The notes under the pieces are model-generated. The model saw only the letters and a list, made by a program, of their open reading frames with translations, ran no database searches and was not told the origin of the DNA. The position numbers were made by a program, and so were the translations under genes. Positions 11,043 through 19,697 of a stretch of 64,000 nt of DNA are shown here, in pieces. This DNA comes from a virus, in the IMG/VR virus record IMGVR_UViG_3300028840_003271, positions 32,001 to 96,000 of that record. One strand, given 5' to 3'. Numbering within the stretch: the first letter of the stretch is position 1; each line of letters begins with the position of its first letter.

Positions 11043-11926
11043 AAATTTTTTCTAAAATGTTGCCAAGGTAATCCTTCTCGAATTTCTGCTACATTCCATT
11101 GAGCATATGCTAAATTGTAACACCATTGTTCACGACCTATAGATAAATATGGTTTAGCAACACTATAAATAAGTGTTCCAGATATGTTATAAGTTATGTT
11201 TTTAGGACTACAACAAACTACAGGTATTCCATTTAAAATAGCGTCTACAGCACCGTTAGTAGTATAAGCAACAACACACCAACAATTTTCCAAATCTTCA
11301 ACAATGGTTGTATTTTTTTTAGGATTACTTATTGTATAATTACCTTGTGGTAAAATGGTTTGATTAGGATGTAATCTTAATTTGACAGGACGACTTGTTA
11401 ATTTATTGAGAGAAAAAATAGTGTCGGTCATCCACTTTACAATATCAACATCTTGAACGCTGACACCTTTTTCGTGTTGACCTAAAACTAAAATATGGTC
11501 TCCGTTTTTTCTCCAGGGTTTTAATTCAATATTTAGTTTTTCCCATCTATCAGGAGGACTATTTTCATTATAATAATTAGCATCTCTTTTTATTCCATCC
11601 TCACCAACAGCGACATAGCGACTATCGGTTAGTGCAAATTTATTTTCTCGTTCATTCAAAGAAGTAATAAATCCAGTATCCATTACTAATCGTGGAACAC
11701 ACCAAGTTTGACAATAATCTCTAATATACCATCTTAAATCTTTTCCATTATGTTTTGTATAATCACAAACTTGAACAATACAATCAAAATTAGCACCTAA
11801 AAGGTCGGTTGGATGTCGAATTGAGACTGGATTATCTCCAGATTTTATTATACCTTCAATAAAAGCATGACACAAACCAATACCTATTGTATCGTCTTTT
11901 GTAAAGGCAACACCAACATTTAACAT
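11018..11926 (-). CDS. Capsule-synthesis-like (GT-B) glycosyltransferase, paralog 3
   Basis: NSPPDRW, RLHP, TNGAVDAILNGIP and REQWCYNLAYAQW. Confidence 0.6.
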   Translation of the reverse strand: MLNVGVAFTKDDTIGIGLCHAFIEGIIKSGDNPVSIRHPTDLLGANFDCIVQVCDYTKHNGKDLRWYIRDYCQTWCVPRLVMDTGFITSLNERENKFALTDSRYVAVGEDGIKRDANYYNENSPPDRWEKLNIELKPWRKNGDHILVLGQHEKGVSVQDVDIVKWMTDTIFSLNKLTSRPVKLRLHPNQTILPQGNYTISNPKKNTTIVEDLENCWCVVAYTTNGAVDAILNGIPVVCCSPKNITYNISGTLIYSVAKPYLSIGREQWCYNLAYAQWNVAEIREGLPWQHFRKNLWKEKCQQ

Positions 11927-12198
11927 GGTATTTTTTGTTCCTTGTTAATTTTGTCTGCTAATTGAGTAGCTTTTTCAATAGCAGAACCGAGCATGCTTTG
12001 AGTTGTTGCTTGACGATTATAATATCCTTCACCACAATGTATAAGTTTAATTCCTCGTTTTTGAGCAACTTTTTTATTTAGAACTTTTAATTTTTCAATG
12101 TTTGGAGAAACCACTTGAACCATTACATAAGTATCTGGTCCTTGTTTCGGCCATGTTCCTACTGGAGATTGTGAACGAATTTCAACAAATGCCTTCAT
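11920..12198 (-). CDS. Hypothetical protein
   Basis: ORF in operon. Confidence 0.5.
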   Translation of the reverse strand: MKAFVEIRSQSPVGTWPKQGPDTYVMVQVVSPNIEKLKVLNKKVAQKRGIKLIHCGEGYYNRQATTQSMLGSAIEKATQLADKINKEQKIPC

Positions 12199-12569
12199 TA
12201 TTTTTCCTCGTATGAAATTTGAAGATAAATGTTTTTACCATAAAACGGTTCTAATATTTTGTCTAATCTATAATCCTCATAATATTCTCTAATTTTACGT
12301 CCGTCACGAGAACGTCTATAAACTATTTCTGGATAATTTCCGTCATTATTTAGATTTCTTCTTTTTCTTACGTATAATGATAGTCTGTTTTTATCAGGAG
12401 TATCGTGTAAACTTATATATAACTTAGCATCAATCGGAATATGAAATTGATTTAAAATATGTTCCATTGCTTCCAAACAAATACTATGATATGTATCTGG
12501 TCCATTAAAATATCCAAAAGAATATATTTCTGCTTCAATAATTTTCATGAAATTTCTCCTAAATATCAA
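12198..12569 (-). CDS. Hypothetical protein, paralog of 29703..30062
   Basis: Shared QF.IP...ISLH...YP...EYY...L.P..GK..YLQI.Y.E pattern. Confidence 0.6.
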   Translation of the reverse strand: MIFRRNFMKIIEAEIYSFGYFNGPDTYHSICLEAMEHILNQFHIPIDAKLYISLHDTPDKNRLSLYVRKRRNLNNDGNYPEIVYRRSRDGRKIREYYEDYRLDKILEPFYGKNIYLQISYEEK

Positions 12570-13107
12570 AAAGTAACCAACGATTAAAAGTATTTACCAT
12601 ATTAGAATTAGAGCAACTTACAAACAGAAGATAATCTTTAACTTCCTGCCACGACGAAAACATAAGTTCGTGATTTATCGTACCAAACAACCAGTCGTTT
12701 ACATTCTGTTTACCTTGCTCACACATAAGTAATATTGGTTTTTTCATACGGTTACACCAGAAAAGTTCTTCTAATGTTCCACAACTTTTTATGTCTTTAT
12801 TCCAATAAACTATACAAAAATCACAAATATCACATAGTCTCAAGTCAAAAGTTCGTATGCTTCTAACCAATCTTGACAATTCATCGTATCTTTTTTCCTC
12901 TTTTAATTTTGCTCGTAATTTATGAAATTCCTTTCCCTCTGTAATAGAATGTCCTAAAAGACATTTTGGTTTATTTGTTGGATCAAGTACGACTATTTCC
13001 AATGATTGTAAAAATAGAGTTAGTTCTTGTCTCCAACCTTGTCCTAAATCAGAAGCGTGGTCAATTGGACCACATAAATAACAACGAGAACCTTTAAGAC
13101 GATTCAT
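12559..13107 (-). CDS. Nucleoside 2-deoxyribosyltransferase-like protein
   Basis: YLCGPI, WR, DP, DL...D and GT.EE motifs. Confidence 0.7.
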   Translation of the reverse strand: MNRLKGSRCYLCGPIDHASDLGQGWRQELTLFLQSLEIVVLDPTNKPKCLLGHSITEGKEFHKLRAKLKEEKRYDELSRLVRSIRTFDLRLCDICDFCIVYWNKDIKSCGTLEELFWCNRMKKPILLMCEQGKQNVNDWLFGTINHELMFSSWQEVKDYLLFVSCSNSNMVNTFNRWLLFDI

Positions 13108-13122
13108 AAATATACCTCATTA

Positions 13123-13512
13123 TTAGTCGTTCTGATGAATAATTTTGTGAATTTCATCAATATCATCATATGATAGACGTATATTATTGTTGATAAAAAC
13201 ATTATTTACTATATCATTTTCTATAAATCGGACAGTATGACTGCCACACTTAAGTAGTGGTTTTTGTTTTTTTGGTGGTTTTGACAAAATTTGTATCGCT
13301 TCTTCGATTGAAATAAGAGGATTAGCATTTTCATATTTTTCACTATTCCAATCTACTATACCACGATTTTTATAAATAACTAAAAACGGACGTTCTTTGT
13401 CTGGATTTTGTAATATTTCATGCCATACTTCCCATCCATTATTTCTTGCTAAATCAACCAAAACTTGTGTAATATCATTGGTAATTGTTCTAACTTGTAC
13501 TTTACTCATCAT
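13123..13512 (-). CDS. Hypothetical protein, paralog of the 38648 and 39370 genes
   Basis: Shared V.V....A...GW...P.L....WN...ISIEEA pattern. Confidence 0.55.
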   Translation of the reverse strand: MMSKVQVRTITNDITQVLVDLARNNGWEVWHEILQNPDKERPFLVIYKNRGIVDWNSEKYENANPLISIEEAIQILSKPPKKQKPLLKCGSHTVRFIENDIVNNVFINNNIRLSYDDIDEIHKIIHQND

Positions 13513-13518
13513 TATCTC

Positions 13519-14025
13519 CTAATTTATTTTAGTATAAAGGTAGCGAGAAAATTTCTCACACGAAAACAATAACCGTTTTTTCCATAATTTTACGTCTAAA
13601 TATGGAAAATGTCTATCACATTTATAGGAGGAAGAAATCTGTGTAACATAAATCGCGTTTACCCAATTATTTGTTAGTGCTGTACGATATATCGATTCTC
13701 CACCAATAAAGAATAGGTGACGAGGCTTAAAACGTGACGATAATAATTCAAGAAACTTTGTGTGTAACGATTTATTCATAAACCATACGTTTTTTTGTTT
13801 ATGACAGAGACCATATCCACTATACATACTAGTCATAACAATATTATGTCTATTAGGTAGTGGTTGTTTTGGTAAACTATCCCAAGTTTTTCTACCCATA
13901 ATAATTACATGACCATCTGTAATATATTTAAACCATTCTAAATCTTCTTTGAGATTCCAAGGAATTTTACCTTTAAAACCAATTCCATGATTTTGGTCAT
14001 ATGCTACAATAATTTTTCCGTTCAT
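13519..14025 (-). CDS. folA: Dihydrofolate reductase
   Basis: GIG..G.IPW...D, IMGRKTWDSLP.PLPNR.NIV, IGG..IY and CD.HFP. Confidence 0.95.
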   Translation of the reverse strand: MNGKIIVAYDQNHGIGFKGKIPWNLKEDLEWFKYITDGHVIIMGRKTWDSLPKQPLPNRHNIVMTSMYSGYGLCHKQKNVWFMNKSLHTKFLELLSSRFKPRHLFFIGGESIYRTALTNNWVNAIYVTQISSSYKCDRHFPYLDVKLWKKRLLFSCEKFSRYLYTKIN

Positions 14026-14027
14026 TT

Positions 14028-15113
14028 TTACCTCGATAAATATTCAACACTAATGGATTTAAAAATAATCCGACCTAATGTTGGATGTTCTCTTTCTTTG
14101 AGTGGAGTAATAACTATTCCTTCACGACCTTTAAATTTACCAGTTAGAGGTAGTATGCTTTCACCATCTGTATATTTATCAAGTAAATCGTTTGACCAAG
14201 GACCAACATATATAATAGGAACCATGGGAATTTTAAAATTGCTACATAGTTGCTGTAATTCTTCGTATCCGAGATATTTTCCATCTATAGAAACGTCAAA
14301 AACTCTAAAATCCTTTTTACCATTTTCCATACCATACGATAAATTCTGAACTCCACTACCGTAAATTTCTCCAAACACAATAGCAGATGAACATTTATAT
14401 ACTGAATGTAGATGTTTTAATAAATCTTGAATGTCTGGATACCAATCTAACGGTTGCCAATATAAACAAGTTCTTTTTTCTTTATCTTGATATTTACGAC
14501 GAGTGTTATGAGAACCACACATAAAAGTTGGTTTACCACAGTCGTTAACTAAACCTATTCTCGTGTTTGTGCCATGGATTTTCAGCGTTATTCTTACGAA
14601 TTCACTCCCTTGTAAAATATTTGGATGGTTTCGTATGTTTTCAATTTTGGTATATTTATGAAAAAGAGGATGGTCTTTATGAACATCTCCTTGAGTAGAT
14701 TTTAGTGGTGGATTCCATTTTGTAATTTCTAAATCTTCAGTAATATTTAATCCGTTTGGTAAATATTTATATAACTTATTATAAATTCCTGACATATATT
14801 TTGTAAACGATGAAATCGTCATAATTGTTCCATACGATGCTATTCCACGAATTTTTGCTGCTTTTACTCGTCGTGACTTTGTATTTTGATTTTTTGGTAG
14901 TTCAGCACAATATTTTGTAATACCTAAAAATGTATGTAGACTTTCTGGAAGAATACAGTCGGGTGGAATAAAGACTATATTTTCTCCTACTTTCAACAAA
15001 TCTTTTTGAACCACAACTTGCCAACCCTTGATGACAGCAATTTCTAAACGATCAGCATTAGGATGTGCTTTTATTTCTAATATTGGAGTAATTTCAGCAA
15101 GCGATTCAGACAT
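14028..15113 (-). CDS. ATP-dependent RNA ligase (DRB0094/Rnl2-like) with N-terminal OB domain
   Basis: HPNADRLE OB domain, KIHGTN motif I, FGEIYG, FDV, REGIV and IFK. Confidence 0.85.
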   Translation of the reverse strand: MSESLAEITPILEIKAHPNADRLEIAVIKGWQVVVQKDLLKVGENIVFIPPDCILPESLHTFLGITKYCAELPKNQNTKSRRVKAAKIRGIASYGTIMTISSFTKYMSGIYNKLYKYLPNGLNITEDLEITKWNPPLKSTQGDVHKDHPLFHKYTKIENIRNHPNILQGSEFVRITLKIHGTNTRIGLVNDCGKPTFMCGSHNTRRKYQDKEKRTCLYWQPLDWYPDIQDLLKHLHSVYKCSSAIVFGEIYGSGVQNLSYGMENGKKDFRVFDVSIDGKYLGYEELQQLCSNFKIPMVPIIYVGPWSNDLLDKYTDGESILPLTGKFKGREGIVITPLKEREHPTLGRIIFKSISVEYLSR

Positions 15114-15748
15114 TATTTTTTCTCCGTTAAATAACGATATTTACCAACACCCTTTTCTACTTTAACTAAAATGTGTGGGGTTTGTATCCAGTTTCCATGT
15201 TTTGATTTTTGTTTCGGTCCCATATATAAAAAACAATATCCTGCTTCTGACTTATTACAAGACCGAGTAAGTATTCCGTCTTTTTCCACTCTTAATACAC
15301 GATAAACTCCACGATATCCCAAGTGATACATTTCAGGAATACCGTCGTTGTGTTCAATTATTTGATAGGGACCACCATTTATAGCACGAATTAAATCCCC
15401 TTTTTGTAGAGTTGTCCAATCTTCAATGAGACTACTTTTTTCTCTCAATAATTTTGCTTTAGATGATGCATGTTTAATAACAAATATATGAGAACATGAT
15501 GGACAAACCTTCGTTCTTACTCCACATATTAATTTACATTTTGGACAAGATTTAGTTCCAGGTTTTAAACCATTACGACTTTTTTTCTTTATCTTTTTTT
15601 GAATTTTTGGTTTGGATTTTAATTTTTTCTTTTGCTGCTGTTTTGGTTTAGTAGAATTAAATATAAACTTATGACCACACGAACACTGTTTTGTTCGTGG
15701 TCCAACTTCTTTTTTACACGATGGACAAGTTTTTTTACCTTTAGGCAT
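15113..15748 (-). CDS. Basic protein with two zinc ribbons
   Basis: GKKTCPSC..VGPRTKQCSCGH.F and GTKSCPKC..CGVRTKVCPSC.H.F. Confidence 0.6.
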   Translation of the reverse strand: MPKGKKTCPSCKKEVGPRTKQCSCGHKFIFNSTKPKQQQKKKLKSKPKIQKKIKKKSRNGLKPGTKSCPKCKLICGVRTKVCPSCSHIFVIKHASSKAKLLREKSSLIEDWTTLQKGDLIRAINGGPYQIIEHNDGIPEMYHLGYRGVYRVLRVEKDGILTRSCNKSEAGYCFLYMGPKQKSKHGNWIQTPHILVKVEKGVGKYRYLTEKK

Positions 15749-15907
15749 CGCTATTTTCTTTTTTATTTTTTTCTTGAGTTAGTCGTAATTTTTTCCAACA
15801 TTCATCACACAACATTCTATCAACATGTCGTTGAAGAGTTGGCCAGAACCAAGTGGAACAGTTTGAGCAAGGTATAAGATTAAAAATTAAAACCTGTTTT
15901 GATTTCA

Positions 15908-16258
15908 TTAAAATCCTAAATTAATAACACCACCAGTTAACGTTTGTGAAAGATTTGTAGGAGAAATAGATGATGGAAAGTTTTGATTATGATTATTGGA
16001 CTTATTAGATTCATCTTGTTGTGTTTTTGGTTTAGATTTGTGTAATTCATTCCACTTTATATAAGCACATTTACCATGATTATATATTATATAGTGTGGA
16101 TATTTATTGTATAACCATAATCTTAATTGATTCATAGTTTTACCAATAAATCCTAATTCAGAAAAAATTGAATCTATTCTCAATATGTTGTCTAAATAAT
16201 TCACTTCAATATAAGCAGGAGAAAAATTTAAACCTTTTATTTCATAAATATTTACCAT
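15908..16258 (-). CDS. Hypothetical protein
   Basis: ORF only. Confidence 0.45.
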   Translation of the reverse strand: MVNIYEIKGLNFSPAYIEVNYLDNILRIDSIFSELGFIGKTMNQLRLWLYNKYPHYIIYNHGKCAYIKWNELHKSKPKTQQDESNKSNNHNQNFPSSISPTNLSQTLTGGVINLGF

Positions 16259-16352
16259 TATCTTAACCTGTGTTTTATTTTAATTTTCTACAATGTCTTT
16301 TTAGAAAGTTTTTTTTACTTTATCATCGATACATAAATATGCTTTTAGTTCC

Positions 16353-16727
16353 TCAATTAAGTAATTCAAATTTTCCACTACGATTAGTATAATATACTTT
16401 TTGTATTCCAAAATCTTTTAAAAGTTTCTGACAAATTTTACACGGTTTTGACATTCCAATACTACCATCGGCCATAATTCTTATATTTATCATAATATGT
16501 TGAGATAGTTTTGATGGTGGATAAGGAAACAGTTTGATACAAGCAACTTCACTATGCACACAACTAAAACGATAACCATATTTATTAGCAAGCGGATCGG
16601 TTTTCCGTTTATTATTTATTCCAAAACAAATTATTTGATTACACTTTTTATTTTTTACGAGAAAAGAAATGTGTTGGGAATTTGTATACAACAAAACATT
16701 ACGAGCGAGACTAATCAATTTGTTCAT
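16353..16727 (-). CDS. Cytidine/dCMP deaminase-fold zinc protein
   Basis: HSE and SKPCKIC zinc motifs, GI.KVYY. Confidence 0.8.
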   Translation of the reverse strand: MNKLISLARNVLLYTNSQHISFLVKNKKCNQIICFGINNKRKTDPLANKYGYRFSCVHSEVACIKLFPYPPSKLSQHIMINIRIMADGSIGMSKPCKICQKLLKDFGIQKVYYTNRSGKFELLN

Positions 16728-17130
16728 TTTGTAATTTGTGCCACAATTTTAATATTTCGTTAGTGGGTAAATTATGTTCTTCGTCTATTTTGTTTTTCTC
16801 AATAATATAATCTGACCACATTTTTGTAATATCTTCACTACTCATATGGTCAACCAATTCATATTCTTTTGGTTGTAGACGATATTCTGTTTTTTCAGAA
16901 ATTTCTTGTATTGCCAAATATATTCCTTTTGATTCATAACTGATTAAAATTACTGTTTCAAAATAATGTTCTGGTTTTCCAAACCAATTCCACTCTTCAA
17001 CATAAGTTTCAAACACCCATAAATTTGGAGGATTTGCTTCAAGTATATATTGTGGAGTTGTGTCTACTTCAAAAAAACCATATAATATAGACAACCATAC
17101 GGTTAAAACTATTTTACAAATAATCATCAC
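16711..17130 (-). CDS. Hypothetical protein with hydrophobic N-terminus
   Basis: ORF with N-terminal hydrophobic stretch. Confidence 0.45.
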   Translation of the reverse strand: MMIICKIVLTVWLSILYGFFEVDTTPQYILEANPPNLWVFETYVEEWNWFGKPEHYFETVILISYESKGIYLAIQEISEKTEYRLQPKEYELVDHMSSEDITKMWSDYIIEKNKIDEEHNLPTNEILKLWHKLQNEQID

Positions 17131-17217
17131 TTAAATCCTGTTTGTGTGTATTTCCAAATAATTTAGATGTAAAAATACACAATAATCCTAATGTTACACC
17201 TACACAAACACCAAATG

Positions 17218-18114
17218 CTATGTCGAACATATTATTCTCCCTTTTAGAGTTTTAACAATCAAACCTTGTCGTAACAAAAATGGTTCAATTTGGTTTTCAA
17301 TTGTGTCTTTGGACAAATTAGTGAGCGAACAAAGAGTATGAATACCAAGTGGAAATTTTGCGTTTTTTAACACTTGTAAATATTTTCTATCATTCAGTGT
17401 AAAACCCTTGTTATCAATTTGTAACATTTGCAAAGCAGACATAGCCACTGGTACATTAATAAAAGTGTGTCCTTTTGAAAAACAATAATCTCCTATCCAA
17501 CTTAACAAATGATTAGCAATTCGTGGAGTTCCCTTACTACATTTAGCAATAAAAGCGGCTGCTTCATAGTGTAGTTTTAATCCTAGTTTTGGACTGTTAT
17601 GAACTAATAAATCGGCTAATTCGTTAATTGAATATGTTGTTAAGCTCAATTTTACACCAAATCTGTCAAGTAAAGGTTTTGATAATGAACCACTATCTGT
17701 AGTAGCACCAATAAGAGTAAATTTTCCTAAATCTAAATTAAACGACGACTTTTCCCAAGTTAGAGTAATTTGAAAATCTTCCATGACTGGATATAATATT
17801 TCTTCAACTGCTGGAGCAATACGATGTATTTCGTCAATGAATAGTATAGAAAATGGTGTTATTTTACTCAAAACTGGTAATAAATGTTTGAGACTACGAA
17901 AATTTCCACCGTTTGTGATTTGAATATCTACACCAAATTCTTTTGCTATAATATACGCTAAAGTAGTTTTACCAGTTCCAGCAGGACCATTAAATAGTAT
18001 ATGAGGTAGAGACTTTTCCTGTTTTTTTGCTGAATTGATTAAAATTTGAAGACATTCTTTGGTTGTTTTTTGACCTATTACTTCTTGTAATTTAGACGGA
18101 CGAAAAGTATTCAT
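17218..18114 (-). CDS. ruvB: Holliday junction branch-migration ATPase RuvB
   Basis: RP..L....GQ, GPAGTGKTTLA, LFIDEIHR, LYPVMEDF, TLIGATT..G.LSKPLLDRFG, GTPRIA and IEPFL. Confidence 0.92.
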   Translation of the reverse strand: MNTFRPSKLQEVIGQKTTKECLQILINSAKKQEKSLPHILFNGPAGTGKTTLAYIIAKEFGVDIQITNGGNFRSLKHLLPVLSKITPFSILFIDEIHRIAPAVEEILYPVMEDFQITLTWEKSSFNLDLGKFTLIGATTDSGSLSKPLLDRFGVKLSLTTYSINELADLLVHNSPKLGLKLHYEAAAFIAKCSKGTPRIANHLLSWIGDYCFSKGHTFINVPVAMSALQMLQIDNKGFTLNDRKYLQVLKNAKFPLGIHTLCSLTNLSKDTIENQIEPFLLRQGLIVKTLKGRIICST

Positions 18115-18455
18115 ACATTATTTTCCATCCTCTTTAAAAGTTTTTTTACATCAGCACCATTTCGTAAATCAAACACCTCGTCTTCATCTATGTTTTTACG
18201 AATGTCTGATGCTGAGTATCCCTGTTGAAGAAGAAACGTTTTAACATCACAAAACCGAGACAGCACATCAAGTATGTTAAGATTATTAACACTAACATCT
18301 ATTTGTAATGGTTTGAGTTCTATAGCAATTTTACATATTGGACATAAAAATTCTCCCCCTTGTTTTGTTTCTTCTTGTTCAAGTTCAAATATACACGAAC
18401 AATGAGGACATTTATATTCAAAATATAAACAATAATCAATAGGTAACAAACTCAT
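18111..18455 (-). CDS. Zinc-ribbon protein with possible RuvA domain III-like C-terminus
   Basis: CPHC...CPIC; C-terminal FLLQQGYSASDI...VKKLLKRM; start/stop overlap with ruvB. Confidence 0.5.
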   Translation of the reverse strand: MSLLPIDYCLYFEYKCPHCSCIFELEQEETKQGGEFLCPICKIAIELKPLQIDVSVNNLNILDVLSRFCDVKTFLLQQGYSASDIRKNIDEDEVFDLRNGADVKKLLKRMENNV

Positions 18456-18691
18456 TCGTCTTCTCCAGAGGTTCGATAAACATCTGAATTTTTAATTTTA
18501 AATTTTGCTCTGCGTAGATTACGAAACCCCCTTTCGTCTACGCAGAAATAATAGTCTAATGTTTCTCCGTGTGCTAACTTTAATGCTTTTTCACACGCAT
18601 GAATTGGACTAGTTGCCATAACCAATCTTTGTAATTGTCCTGATTTTACATAGTATTTTGTATATTCAGGTTTTGTTGGTTTGTTTGTCAT
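18452..18691 (-). CDS. Hypothetical protein
   Basis: ORF in operon (KYYVKSG...VDERGF). Confidence 0.55.
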   Translation of the reverse strand: MTNKPTKPEYTKYYVKSGQLQRLVMATSPIHACEKALKLAHGETLDYYFCVDERGFRNLRRAKFKIKNSDVYRTSGEDE

Positions 18692-18694
18692 AAA

Positions 18695-19654
18695 TCACTT
18701 ACAAAACCTCCCAAATTGGTCTCTCTTGTTCCAGTATTTACTATAACCATGATAACCATAGTTGTTATTTATTGTCATATCAAGTTTATCTTGTTCATCC
18801 CAATTTTCTTCATCAACATCTTCCTTGTCATAATCATTCCATTCATATTCATCATCTATATCATAGTCATTTCCTTGAACTTCCACCTTAGGAGCAACGT
18901 AAGCGGTGCTTCCAAGACTATCATATAAAGTATGAGTAAGTGCTCCTTCACAAACCTTTAAAACTTCATAAGAACAGGTTCTCAATTTTTGACATGAACA
19001 ATCAGTAGGAACAGAAACTACATCTTTAGGATTAATTTTAACTACCATCATTTTACAACTACAACCACCATAATTTCTAGCATATTCTAAAGTTCCAGCA
19101 TGAAAACCATAAGAACATCCTCGATTTCTATCATCATCAACACTACCTCTTGACATTGAAACAACTTGACCAACTGAATTATCTATTTTCTTTGAATAAA
19201 TATCCTTATTATCTTGAGTTACTGCTTTATAAGCAAGAAAACATCCGTCATCAGTAATAGGTAGGTTGTGATGACTAAGAAAATCAAACAACTCTTTTTG
19301 TGATTGATAAGAAGGATTAGAGTTTAAATTACGGAGAAAAGAAAGCAAATGTTCAAACGGAAGTCTATCTCGAACATATTCCTTTACTCGATTGGTAAGT
19401 TCATTATGAATAACTTTTCTATTGAGATACACTTCTCCATTTCGATATTCGACTGTTCCTTGTCCATGAGTGTTTACATAGTCTGATAAATATTGATCTG
19501 CTTGGTTTAATAGTTTTTGAAGTTCTACTACATCATTATTAGACAATGCTTCTTTTACTCGACTAAAAACCCAATGGTCTGAATTAACAGTATAAGTATT
19601 ACCATCCAGAAAAATACTAATTGACGAATCGGTTGAAATAAACGGAACTGACAT
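18695..19654 (-). CDS. rIIB: rIIB-like protein
   Basis: NPS....ELFDFL, PITDDGCFLAYK, CSYGFHAG..Y, VKINPKDVVSVP.D and KLRTC.YEV; adjacent to rIIA-like gene. Confidence 0.8.
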   Translation of the reverse strand: MSVPFISTDSSISIFLDGNTYTVNSDHWVFSRVKEALSNNDVVELQKLLNQADQYLSDYVNTHGQGTVEYRNGEVYLNRKVIHNELTNRVKEYVRDRLPFEHLLSFLRNLNSNPSYQSQKELFDFLSHHNLPITDDGCFLAYKAVTQDNKDIYSKKIDNSVGQVVSMSRGSVDDDRNRGCSYGFHAGTLEYARNYGGCSCKMMVVKINPKDVVSVPTDCSCQKLRTCSYEVLKVCEGALTHTLYDSLGSTAYVAPKVEVQGNDYDIDDEYEWNDYDKEDVDEENWDEQDKLDMTINNNYGYHGYSKYWNKRDQFGRFCK

Positions 19655-19697
19655 TTGTAACTCCTTTGTTTTTTTAGAACTAGTTAAGACTTAAGAC

